NCBI GenBank assembly: GCA_963828735.1
Contig: CAWHFW010000005.1
Coordinates: forward strand, 544,001-608,000
DNA from: an uncultured Gemmatimonadales bacterium
GTDB taxonomy: Bacteria > Gemmatimonadota > Gemmatimonadetes > Gemmatimonadales > GWC2-71-9
DNA length: 64,000 nt
Reading direction: 5' to 3'
A program made the translations under genes and the position numbers. The notes beneath the pieces are model-generated. The model did no database searches and had not been told where the DNA came from. It worked only from the letters and a program-made list of their open reading frames with translations. Below, piece by piece: positions 10,977-20,668 of this stretch; the stretch's first letter is position 1; every line of letters begins with the position of its first letter.

Positions 10977-12371
10977 CTAATTCCTGAGAGTGAAGGGGAT
11001 GCGGACCAGTGACCGGACCCAGGCTCCATTTACCCGGGCCGGCCTAAACTGGCAGTTGTCCAGGAGCGTTGGGGCGATTCGCTCGATCTCGGGGGAAGTC
11101 GCATTGAGTGCTCGAATTGAGCCCGGCTCCGGCAGGCCATCCCATCCGACAACGAATTCCAGGGTAACGCTGCCCACTAGGTTCGGGTTTTTCGGGTCGC
11201 ACCTTAAGAGCTGGGCCGGATCGGCTATAGAACCGGCGATGAACGGCGGAGCAGATGCCGCGAAGCGCACCTGCTGCCGCATGAGAGTCGGGATTGCAGT
11301 CGTGTCCAAGACTGGACGGAATCGACAGACTGCGAGGACCCTCTGTAGCGCTGCTCGAAGGGTGGGTTGATCCGTGCCGTTTACCTTCTCCACGACCAGG
11401 CTGGCCGTGTCTGAGATGCCTTCGGCCGATACCCGGTACGTGAACTCACCGCTGGCGCGGAGGTACCCGAGGTAGAGTGAGTCCCAAGCACACCACTGCA
11501 ACGAGGGAGGGCTGGACACTCGGGGATCGTCTGCGCGCGGGTAGCTTAACGTGTCGCCAGGTCGGGGGCTGAGGAGGGAGCCCTGAAGCTCTCCCGGCTC
11601 CATCTGCGACTGGAGATAGCTCAAATCGTCCGCCATGCGGGTTTCCGCGTAGCCAACTGGCGGCGCGAACAGGTCATCGTCCACGGTCTTGGGCTCGACC
11701 TTGATGGCTTCGATGAGCGTAGGCGAGCTGCCCTCCTTCACAAGGCTGAGCTTGAGAAGCCCTGTGCTGACGCCTTCGGGCGGCAGGCCGTGCACGGAGC
11801 CGTCGGCGGACTGACTGTCTCCCACAATGGCACTCATGACCTGCTGCAGCGCGATGCCGGTGCCCGCGGCCGCAATACACGCTTCGCCTTTGTCGTTGCT
11901 GCCAGCGGGATCGCGGCCGAGCCACACCTCACATGGGACACCCGCTACGATCTCCGTCCTGCCGGTGTTCTCGAATTTGAGGTTGCCCCAGAGCTTGCTC
12001 CAGTCTCCCCCTTCCAACTTCCTTTGCTTCATCCTCTCCGAAAACGTTGGTTCCAGCATCGGCCTTATCGCGTCGAGCTGCTTGGCATCCGTCTCCGTAA
12101 TCGTCAAGTATTGCTTCTTGTCATGCCGGATCATCCTCGACACACGGGCATCGGCGTCCACGATCATCGTGCAAGAAACCTTCAGACTCGGGCAGGTGTA
12201 ATCAAACCGGGCCTTGCGGCCCTTGGTCGTCTGGGTCTCCGTCTCTTGCTGGCCGTTCACTAGGGTCCGCCACACCACGACGCCATTGAAGCCGGTCTGC
12301 GCTGCGGCAATGCTGGGCTGCAGCGAGCTGCCGGCCAGCAGCACCGCGACCCCTGTCTTTAACCCTCGCAT
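10977..12371 (-). CDS. Secreted DUF4412-like domain protein with C-terminal TonB-like domains
   Basis: Signal peptide; TGRTEIVAGVPCEVW and LFAPPVGY; C-terminal VTLEFVV..DG...QFRPARVNG. Confidence 0.6.
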   Translation of the reverse strand: MRGLKTGVAVLLAGSSLQPSIAAAQTGFNGVVVWRTLVNGQQETETQTTKGRKARFDYTCPSLKVSCTMIVDADARVSRMIRHDKKQYLTITETDAKQLDAIRPMLEPTFSERMKQRKLEGGDWSKLWGNLKFENTGRTEIVAGVPCEVWLGRDPAGSNDKGEACIAAAGTGIALQQVMSAIVGDSQSADGSVHGLPPEGVSTGLLKLSLVKEGSSPTLIEAIKVEPKTVDDDLFAPPVGYAETRMADDLSYLQSQMEPGELQGSLLSPRPGDTLSYPRADDPRVSSPPSLQWCAWDSLYLGYLRASGEFTYRVSAEGISDTASLVVEKVNGTDQPTLRAALQRVLAVCRFRPVLDTTAIPTLMRQQVRFAASAPPFIAGSIADPAQLLRCDPKNPNLVGSVTLEFVVGWDGLPEPGSIRALNATSPEIERIAPTLLDNCQFRPARVNGAWVRSLVRIPFTLRN

Positions 12372-12691
12372 CACCCCGCGCCCCGTGACACGCTGCGGGC
12401 GAGAGCGGTCGGTTATCGGGTTGCTACCCCCGCAGTGCATGTGCAAGCTAGGCGGCCCGTGCGAGCGCGGTGCCGAGCTCGGTGAGGGCTTTCTCTACCC
12501 ACGCCCGGGTTCTATCCAAATCAGACTTATACATCCACGCCCCCATTCCCCAGCAAAACAACAGAGCGATCGCTCCCCGAACGGGGCCGCCAGCCAACAC
12601 AATGTTGACTCCCGCTCCAGCGGTGCCGACGAACCACGCGCCAAAAAACATGGTAGAGCTAATTGACAAGCGACATTCTACGCGGGCCTGG

Positions 12692-13021
12692 CTACCTTGC
12701 CACCGTATCACCCCTTGGCGTTGCGAGATCTGGCGCGGCCAAGATCGGCCTGGGAAACCCTCGCTTACGGAACAGGCACTCGGTGGGGCTGACAATCCTG
12801 GCGACGGCATTCTGCAATCCAATTGTACCCGAGCCGGCAGCGCGCCGGACTGGCGGCCCCAGCGTGCTCGGTTGTTGCAGTACACGGAGGCCATGATGGA
12901 ACACCCAAGGGACAAACTGTGTGATTGCAACCTCCTCGAGCAACTGAACCAAGAAGGCTACGGGGCAGAGTGCCGCGCCCGCATAGAAGAGGAGGTCGGC
13001 TAGGACCCGAATAGCCGACAT
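12692..13021 (-). CDS. Hypothetical membrane protein (possibly frameshift-linked to the hydrophobic ORF ending at 12448)
   Basis: Hydrophobic N-terminus; no family recognised. Confidence 0.3.
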   Translation of the reverse strand: MSAIRVLADLLFYAGAALCPVAFLVQLLEEVAITQFVPWVFHHGLRVLQQPSTLGPPVRRAAGSGTIGLQNAVARIVSPTECLFRKRGFPRPILAAPDLATPRGDTVAR

Positions 13022-13225
13022 CTAGATCCTTTCTTGCGCGATTCGAGGCGGCGCCGGGCGCGTCACGTGAGCGCGAGCGTGGGTCACGTGTGTCGAGTCC
13101 GTGTGGCAGCCGCCGCTGTCGGTGGGGTCGAAGCACGGACCGGTCGGACCGCTGTCGCAGGCGGCCAGCAGGCTAAGGGTCACGAGCGCGAGCCAGTATC
13201 CGGTCCGGCCGTGGGGTACCCGCAT
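13022..13225 (-). CDS. Small putative lipoprotein
   Basis: GGAGG RBS; hydrophobic stretch ending in LAAC lipobox. Confidence 0.55.
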   Translation of the reverse strand: MRVPHGRTGYWLALVTLSLLAACDSGPTGPCFDPTDSGGCHTDSTHVTHARAHVTRPAPPRIAQERI

Positions 13226-13538
13226 GGCATCCTCCAAGTCAGGGTGGTTAGCGCCAATGCTCCACTCGGCCGGTCAAGGCCGCGTCAAGGGATGCACGCG
13301 GTTGCATTACCGTCGGGCGGCGCGGAGAGTCGCGAACCAAATCAAGGCTCGGGCTCGCCTCGAAACGCGAATGCTCCCGTCGGGCGGACGGATGCTCTGT
13401 ATGTGGCTGAGTCGTGGGTTGGCGCTCCCAGGGGAACCGGACGGAGGAGCACCAACGCCAAGATAACGGGCGGTGGCGAGCGAGCGCCAGAGCGCCACGA
13501 CGCTTCGGAACGAAAGAACTGCTAGTGCAAGAGCGGCC

Positions 13539-13922
13539 TCAGTGTGTCGAGGTCGACACCAGCCCCGTCACCGCCTTCAAGAGGGCGTCCGGAGTAAATG
13601 GCTTCGGAAGGAAGGGGCCTGGATAGTCGGGGGCTGGCCCACCCTGGCCCGACACGAGCAGGACCGGTACGGCGGACCATCGGTGCGCCATGAGCGCCGA
13701 TAACTCAACGCCCGTCATCTCTGGCATCGCGATGTCGCTCACCACAAGCTGCACCGCGCCGTCGAGCGCCGAGAGCAGGCTCACGGCTTCGGCCCCGCTG
13801 TGAGCCTCCAACACACGACAACCCGCCTCCACCAGGACACGGGCCGTGAACCGACACACCACATCCTCGTCATCCACCACCAACACAACCCGCTCCGGAA
13901 GAGAACGAGCAGCGCTGCCCAT
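13539..13922 (-). CDS. Single-domain response regulator
   Basis: VLVVDDE, VSDIAMP, VSG, LPKPF. Confidence 0.85.
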   Translation of the reverse strand: MGSAARSLPERVVLVVDDEDVVCRFTARVLVEAGCRVLEAHSGAEAVSLLSALDGAVQLVVSDIAMPEMTGVELSALMAHRWSAVPVLLVSGQGGPAPDYPGPFLPKPFTPDALLKAVTGLVSTSTH

Positions 13923-14284
13923 CGGCCACGCCTCGGGATTGGGGAGAATGTGCGTCAATTTACCGTTCCCGGCTCGACCCGCTAGACCGCCTGAACTGCC
14001 TATGAACTCCTCCTTCCCGCGCGATCAGGTGTGGCACACGCGTCTGACACGAAGGCTCCTCGCAGCTTCAATCGTTCTGGGGTCTATCGTGCGGATTCTT
14101 GCATACCGGAGCGGCGCCACCGGTGCGCCGCCAGTCCGATTCTCGCGATCCAGATCACAGCCTCCCCACGGTCAGACACTTCGGTTGACCATGGGCCAGA
14201 GGCTGCCTCATCCTCCCCTGGCTGCCATGACGAGCAGACCTGATCCTTCAACTCGCTCGTCAAGCAATTCGGTTGGGGCGTCTT

Positions 14285-16324
14285 TCACGGAGTATACCGC
14301 TCGGTGATCCCGAGCACCCGCAGCAGGTTCCGTCCTCCCACCGCATATAGCAGGGCGTTGTTGATCACGCCGACCCCGAACTCCCCCCGCTCGGCGATCA
14401 TCGGGGCTTTCGTCGTCCAGGAGTTGCTGGCCGGGTCGTACATGTGGACCACGTTCCAGTAGAAGGTTCCGTCACCGTTTCGGCCGCCGAGGACATAAAA
14501 TTTCCCGCCGATCGTGGCGCCGCCGGGCGCGACCCGTGCATTCGGCATGGCGGCCCTGGTGGACCAGGTGTTGGTTCCCGGATCGTACACGTCCAACCTG
14601 GCGCTGGGCGTGCCCGACGCGTTGCTCCCGCCCGCCACGTAGATCTTGCCGCCAATCGTTCCGACCGCCGGGAACCGGTGTACGGCGGGCGCGGCACGAA
14701 GGGTCGTCCACGTGTTTGCCGCAGGGTTGTACCGGTGAAGGAGTCCCGCCAGGACCTCTCTGCCGGCCGAGAGCGTGCACCCCGAGAAGACGTACACCAT
14801 GCCAGCGATCGCCGCCGATCCGCCGCATCCACCCACCACGGGCATGCTCGCTTTGGTGCTCCACGTATTGGTGCTCGCATTGTAGGCGAACACCGATCTG
14901 GTCAGCGTGCCACTCGCGTTCTTGCCGCCGGCGACGTAGATGATGCCGGCGACGGCGGTCGCGCCATTTCCCGCCTGACGTGCGGCCGGCAGTGCGGCCT
15001 TGGCGCTCCAGACGTTCGTGCCGGGGTCGTAGACCTGCACCGTGGTGAGCGTGGCCCCGGCACTGTTGGCTCCCCCAAAGGTGTAGACCCGGCCACCCCA
15101 GGTACCAACGGCGTTCACTCGTCGAGCGGGGAGCGCCTCTGCCCGTTCGGACCAGAAGTTGGTGGACGGGATCGTCCAGCGGACAGCCCGCTGCGGGCCA
15201 CCGGTGCGATAGTTGCTCTCGCCCACGATCACCGCGGAGCCACTGATCGCGGCAGCGAAGGTGTTGTCCCCGCCGAGGGTACCGAGATCGCTCATCACCC
15301 CGCTCTGCCAGACGAACGCGTGATACACCGAGCGATGCCTGGTGTCACTGGCGGTTTTGCTGGAGCCGACGATCACACCGTTGTCGCTGATGTCGAGGGC
15401 CGAGCTGGTGGGTCCCCCGAGGGTGCCCAGGTCGGTCATCTTGCCGTTGGTCCAGAGGAACGCGTGATCGCTGCCGCCCGCCGTCCCGCTGGCGCCGACG
15501 ATCTGGCCTGAACTGTTGATCGCTGCGGCCCCGCTCTGGGGACCGCCCAGCGTACCCAGATCCCGCATCGTGCCATTGACCCACAGAAAGGCGTGCGGGA
15601 CTCCGCTCTCGATACTACTCTGACCGACGATCTGCTGGTTGTCGTTGATGTCCATGGCCTCGCCGCAGCCGCCGCCCAGTGAGCCAAGGTCCTCCACCCT
15701 GCCATTGGTCCACAGGACGGCTTCCCGGAAGCAGGAGCTGGTCTCGCTCATTCCGACGACGTCGCCGGTCTGGTTGATGCCGTTTGCAAATGCGTGTGTG
15801 GGGGCGTCAGGGAGTCGGCCGAGGTCAGTCATGGTGCCGTTCTGCCACAGGAACGCAGACGCGAAGGTGGTCTCGCCGACCTGATAGAAACTCGTGCCCG
15901 CAATCTGACCGGCATCGTTGACGTCCGCAGCAACGCTTGTGGGGAACAGGCCGCCCAAGGTTCCCAAATCCGTCATGGTTCCCGACTGCCAAGAGAATGC
16001 GTGCCTCAGGCCTGCCGTGAAATAACTGTAGCCGACAATCCGCCCGTGGCCGTTGATGCCGCTGGCGCCGCTTTCCCCACCGCCGAGATCCCCCAGATCG
16101 GTGATGGTGCTGGCGACCGCGGCCGCGGTCGGCTCCGGTCCAGCCGGAACTGACACGCTGGGCTCCACCGGAGCATCCCGGAGGCATCCCGCGGTCGAGA
16201 TGCCGAGCGCGAGGGCGACCAACCATCGGCCTTGCGGCCTGGCGGACAGTGTCCAAGAGGACTGGATAGCCGAGGCGACCACGCGGACGAGTCGCCCGAT
16301 GAGGGTCTCAGCGATGGGTGCCAT
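14285..16324 (-). CDS. Lipoprotein with HAF extracellular repeats and Kelch repeats
   Basis: Repeated HAFLW.NG.MTDLGTLGG, then Kelch units IYVAGG...YDP.TNTWS.KA.MP. Confidence 0.9.
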   Translation of the reverse strand: MAPIAETLIGRLVRVVASAIQSSWTLSARPQGRWLVALALGISTAGCLRDAPVEPSVSVPAGPEPTAAAVASTITDLGDLGGGESGASGINGHGRIVGYSYFTAGLRHAFSWQSGTMTDLGTLGGLFPTSVAADVNDAGQIAGTSFYQVGETTFASAFLWQNGTMTDLGRLPDAPTHAFANGINQTGDVVGMSETSSCFREAVLWTNGRVEDLGSLGGGCGEAMDINDNQQIVGQSSIESGVPHAFLWVNGTMRDLGTLGGPQSGAAAINSSGQIVGASGTAGGSDHAFLWTNGKMTDLGTLGGPTSSALDISDNGVIVGSSKTASDTRHRSVYHAFVWQSGVMSDLGTLGGDNTFAAAISGSAVIVGESNYRTGGPQRAVRWTIPSTNFWSERAEALPARRVNAVGTWGGRVYTFGGANSAGATLTTVQVYDPGTNVWSAKAALPAARQAGNGATAVAGIIYVAGGKNASGTLTRSVFAYNASTNTWSTKASMPVVGGCGGSAAIAGMVYVFSGCTLSAGREVLAGLLHRYNPAANTWTTLRAAPAVHRFPAVGTIGGKIYVAGGSNASGTPSARLDVYDPGTNTWSTRAAMPNARVAPGGATIGGKFYVLGGRNGDGTFYWNVVHMYDPASNSWTTKAPMIAERGEFGVGVINNALLYAVGGRNLLRVLGITERYTP

Positions 16325-16989
16325 GGTGACCTCCTAGGTCCAGCAGGCAGTAGCCCGAGGCGTGCTTCGAAGCTCGTGCTCGAGGGCTTCGGCACCCGTC
16401 CGAGTGCTGGGAGAATGAGTACCGTCCATGGGTCAAGCCGGTCTCAAGCGGCCATTCGCATCGGACACGACATATACAAACGGCGAGCGGCAGATCGGCG
16501 AGCGTCGGGTTCTACAAGGCGTCCGGCTCTCAGGAGTCGGACGTCGAGGAGGAGGCGAGGACCCGTGACTTTGCGGCCCCGATTATCGCCGTGCGTGACT
16601 TTCGCGAGGATTGTGGGACTGAGATACGGGGCCGAAAGGGAGTCGTCAATAGCCCTAGCGCCGCCGCTCGGACGGCGGCAGAGCCGACTCGTGGGGTGCG
16701 CCGTCGATGGCTGATCGCCTCAGCTCCGCTCGTCTGAGTCGCCCAGTGCCTAGGCGGAGCCAGAATGTAAGTGCACGTCGCGGTACTGCTCGGGCCCGCG
16801 GCATTGCGGACACCTCCCACAGCCGCGGCGGCCTCTTGCACAAACACTAGATCCCCAGCACCTGCACCCAGTCCGTCGGCAGGCCGGGCGCCTTCCTGGC
16901 GAGGCCCGACGCCGCGCGGGCCCGTCGTTCACGATGGCTTGATTCCATGGTCGTCGTGTGACCCCTGGAACCAGGTGAGCGGCGCTGCC

Positions 16990-17340
16990 GCTGCCGAGCT
17001 AGCGTCCGACGCGGGCCTGCGGACGAAGATGTTCCGTCACACCTACTGCGCCGCGCGGCTGCAGACACTGGATCGTGGAGCGCCGGTCTCGACCTACACC
17101 GTGGCGCGCGAGCTGGGCCACGAGTCGGAGGCGATGGTGCGCCGGGTGTATGCGCACCTGGGCGAGGTGCGGCACCGCTCCGAGGTTGTGGAGTATCGGG
17201 TGGCGCAGCACCTCGAGCAGGTCGGCGAGCGGCTGAAAAAGCTGGGGATTGTTACTGGGAACGTTACTGCGGATCCGGCTGCCGCTGAAAAGGAAACGCC
17301 CCGCGATCACGGAAGTGACCACGGGGCGGACGTTTCAGAC
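16990..17340 (+). pseudogene. Tyrosine integrase C-terminal remnant (older element)
   Basis: FRHTYCAARL...VARELGH...RRVYAH catalytic tail with no N-terminus; abuts the att copy. Confidence 0.8.
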
Positions 17341-17343
17341 CAG

Positions 17344-17388
17344 TGGGCCTGGGTAGAGTTGAACTACCGACCTCACGCTTATCAGGCG
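17344..17388 (-). repeat. att site: duplicated 3' part of tRNA-Ile
   Basis: 45 bp identical to 54784-54828. Confidence 0.95.
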
Positions 17389-17527
17389 ATTTGATTCGTC
17401 TTCCGCCGCCGATATTCTGCCGTCAACGGTTGATCACTAAGGCACTATTGCACCAGCACTTACCGATCAGACGGCCCCGCCACCTGCCGACATCAAGCGA
17501 CGTGAAATGCCGGGCGATGCCGCCTCC

Positions 17528-17550
17528 AATGGACAACACAACGGACAACA
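17528..17550 (+). repeat. Putative integrase arm-type sites (GGACAACA x2)
   Basis: Same tandem motif at 19391-19412 and 54688-54711. Confidence 0.7.
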
Positions 17551-17693
17551 CAGGATCCGTGGCTGGGGTCGGGACTCGAGGAGCGTGATCCTACGGCTTA
17601 ATGATGCTCTCGGCGACTCGCTCGTTGGACAAGCCACCATCTTAGAGGAAGCCCCGAGCACGGTGCCCCAGCTCGGGGGTAAGCTCGTCGTGT

Positions 17694-18761
17694 CTACCCA
17701 GAGGTAGCCAATTTGACGCAGCTCTGCGCGACCGTGTCGATGATGCTTAACCGATCAATGAGGCGATCAAAGATGCGCTCGTCACGGGTCACGGCCAGCC
17801 AGCGGCCTCTTTGCGCTACGAGAAGTCTGGCCTTCGTAGTCTCGTCACTACGTTGTAAGTCCGCTAGGCTGATCGATGCTGGATCCAATGCTGGCCCCAT
17901 GATCTGCTCCAGGTCTGCCGCAGTGAGCCATCGCGCGTGTTCAGCCTTTGGCGGACTCCTTCCGGGAAGGATCACCCACTCATCCGATTGCTGTGCCACT
18001 GCAGCGTCTATTTGAATGGAATCGAGAAAGGCACGAAGAAGCTGCGCTGCCGGCTCCACGCCACCGCCCGGCCACTCCAAGCGACCGTTGTCATTGGAGA
18101 TTGTCGGACCGCCAGGAGGAAATGCCATGCCCGGTAAGGGCAAAGGCCAGAGGGTGGATTCTGCGTGAATCAGGGCTGCCTCTAGATAAGGGAAACGTGC
18201 AGCAAGCCGCCAGCGCACTTTTTCGCATTCGCTGACCCCTACAAGCCTGCGACGGACATGACCCGACGTTTCCAAGAACACTAATGCACGGAGACCACGC
18301 ATCCGGGCCAAAATTACTGAGAGTATGAACAGACGCGATGTCAGCCACTCAGACCCCTCACCCAAGTCCACAGCAGCGTAGTCAATCTGCGAAGGGTCAC
18401 GAATCTGGTCGTAGAAGCTCCGCAAAGTCGAGTCATTAATATCGGCTGATTGACCGGCATGACGCAGATCCACCGCACCGCTCATCTGCAGTGGTAACCG
18501 CTGTGCCTCAGCGAAGTCGATCGAGAACCCGCCTACGGAGAGTGACTTTAGGCGCGGCGCAATCAGTCTCGCGACCTCAACAAGACGGCCACGGAATATC
18601 CAGATCACAATGACCAGGACAAGCGGCCAGATTAGGGCACTCACCAAGGCCGCTATGTCTAGCGTAGTGGTTAGCCCTGGACTAGGAGTCGCGAGGCTTT
18701 GCATAGCCTGCACCACCATATCGGCAGAAATCTCATCCACTACCAAGCTCCCGTTTGACAT
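17694..18761 (-). CDS. Hypothetical protein with N-terminal transmembrane helix
   Basis: 355-aa ORF; LIWPLVLVIVIWIFR hydrophobic segment. Confidence 0.7.
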   Translation of the reverse strand: MSNGSLVVDEISADMVVQAMQSLATPSPGLTTTLDIAALVSALIWPLVLVIVIWIFRGRLVEVARLIAPRLKSLSVGGFSIDFAEAQRLPLQMSGAVDLRHAGQSADINDSTLRSFYDQIRDPSQIDYAAVDLGEGSEWLTSRLFILSVILARMRGLRALVFLETSGHVRRRLVGVSECEKVRWRLAARFPYLEAALIHAESTLWPLPLPGMAFPPGGPTISNDNGRLEWPGGGVEPAAQLLRAFLDSIQIDAAVAQQSDEWVILPGRSPPKAEHARWLTAADLEQIMGPALDPASISLADLQRSDETTKARLLVAQRGRWLAVTRDERIFDRLIDRLSIIDTVAQSCVKLATSG

Positions 18762-19229
18762 CAGTGGTTAGGACCGAGAGCAGCCAGAAGTCGCACCCGA
18801 CGGTCGATCCCCTAGCGCCAGTTGCAAATCGTGGAGTCCTTCGTGGCGTCGGATGCGGCGCCGCAGAGGGAGGCGACCGGCCGGGATCTCGGGGTGTGCC
18901 TTTCACCATTCAAGCGGGAAGTCGGACCCACTTTGCGCAGCGGTACTGCTATCGTCAAGATGCCGCGTTCAGAATGGGGGAACTTTGTGCGAACCTTCTT
19001 ATGGCGGCGATGTCGCGATCTTGTGTTCAAGCGCATGTGCCGTGCCAGGACTGCGTTTGCGCTGTCGCACGGAGCGCAGAACCTAGCTCAGGCGGGACAG
19101 CCGACGAGAAGCTGCCGGGAGGGTTGATCATAACAAACTCACCTGATCCAGCATCGCGAGTAAATCCCGAGGTGACCAGGGGGCCTCCTGAGGTTTGCGC
19201 TTCGAGTTGCGGCTACCCGAAGGGACGTG

Positions 19230-19412
19230 CCGACCTCCCGGTTATCAGGCGAGTTGATTCGTCTTCCATCACCGATATTTTGCCGTCAACGGTAAATCAC
19301 TAACACTCTACTTCATCAGCATTTATCAACCAGACGGCCCCCCACCTGCCGACCTCAAGTGACGTGAAATGCCGCGCAACGCCGCCCTCAATGGACAACA
19401 TAACGGACAACA
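19230..19412 (+). repeat. Degenerate second att plus element-end sequence
   Basis: 20/22 match to the tRNA core, followed by ~160 bp homologous to 17389-17550. Confidence 0.88.
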
Positions 19413-19449
19413 TGACTTTCCTCCGGAGACAATCAACTGCCACAAAGAC

Positions 19450-20496
19450 TCACTGTCGCACCCAGCTCAACTTCTTTAGTGCGTCCCGTCGAGCGCGGAG
19501 CCAGCGCAACACAAAAGGCCTAGTACGCGGTCCATACACAGCGCCGATAGCGTCGATATATTGTCCGGCCCGACCACTCAATCCGATAATCTGTGACTTA
19601 GGGGGAGCGATGTAGCTGAAATCTGTGTGCCCCCCCTCACCACCTACGTCAAGATCGGGCGCGCTCGCAATCTCGGTATTCGGGCCACCAATCCAGAGGG
19701 TGAGATGGTCGATGTAGTCGCCATAACGTCCAGAAACGCACTTCAAGTACTGGCCTTCCGCCAGGTCTAAGCTCGCCCAGCCGTCGCCGCCGTCCCCGCC
19801 GTGTTGGGGTAACGTTATTCGCTTACCATTCGGCGCTTCGCAGACTAGTTGGAGTGCATCAATCCAGTTGCCTGCTCGAACTCGGACCTGAGCAAGACGC
19901 GCCCCCATCGGGATTGAGTCGCTGAAAGGCTCGCCACCATACCCCCCGACCGGCTCATTGCTGTCGTCATCCACAGAAAGCAGCCGACGGTATTTCAGAT
20001 GCTTGCGCACTGCGTTAGCATGAGCGGTTATGGCGCCATCCAATTCCTCCACTAGACCCTGCATTTCGCGCATGCGTTTGCCGCACTGCCGAGGATCGAA
20101 TCCGTTTGTAAGGTTTGATACGCGGTCAAACTCATTGAGAGTGCTTCGCATTGTGGAAGCCACGTCCTGCGTGGCATAAAGCTTGGCTTCGGCCACTCGG
20201 CGTGTGAGCTGAAGGTACATACGCTGGACCTTCCCCCAGGTCTGCTCTTTGGCCTCGGAGGACTCCTCGCGATCCTCCTCAAAGGTTGAAGCTACCTCTA
20301 CATCCAGCTTAGTCTCGGCAAGAGTGCGAGCCATTCGCTCCGACCAGGCTAAGCGGCGATCGAAGGCTCGCTCCCGGCGAAATCGTGCCAGTGTTGCAAG
20401 TGCGCCCACAACGCCCGCGACAACACCTGTTGCAAGACCAGTGATGATTGCAGCGACAAGGGTAGCTGTGGGCTGGTCGAAGAGCTGTGACTGCAT
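19450..20496 (-). CDS. Membrane-anchored protein with C-terminal jacalin-like lectin domain
   Basis: N-terminal TM helix; three GG.GG...G.(W/Y)ID repeats typical of the beta-prism I fold. Confidence 0.8.
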   Translation of the reverse strand: MQSQLFDQPTATLVAAIITGLATGVVAGVVGALATLARFRRERAFDRRLAWSERMARTLAETKLDVEVASTFEEDREESSEAKEQTWGKVQRMYLQLTRRVAEAKLYATQDVASTMRSTLNEFDRVSNLTNGFDPRQCGKRMREMQGLVEELDGAITAHANAVRKHLKYRRLLSVDDDSNEPVGGYGGEPFSDSIPMGARLAQVRVRAGNWIDALQLVCEAPNGKRITLPQHGGDGGDGWASLDLAEGQYLKCVSGRYGDYIDHLTLWIGGPNTEIASAPDLDVGGEGGHTDFSYIAPPKSQIIGLSGRAGQYIDAIGAVYGPRTRPFVLRWLRARRDALKKLSWVRQ

Positions 20497-20668
20497 ATGG
20501 GAGTACCGCCAGTCAAGTGGCTACCGCCGTAGACCGGGTCAGGCACCAGAGACGTGCATCAACCACGTTGGCCCCCGGATGAGTCTTGTGCTTCCCGGGT
20601 CTGTCAGATGTGGCGGCTTCAACTGGACTGGAATGGTGCAACCCAAGATCCGGTAAGCGCGTACCCTC

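Noticed and set aside
17344..17388. Second tRNA gene
   Set aside because: Only the 3' 45 nt are present; D arm and 5' acceptor strand are missing
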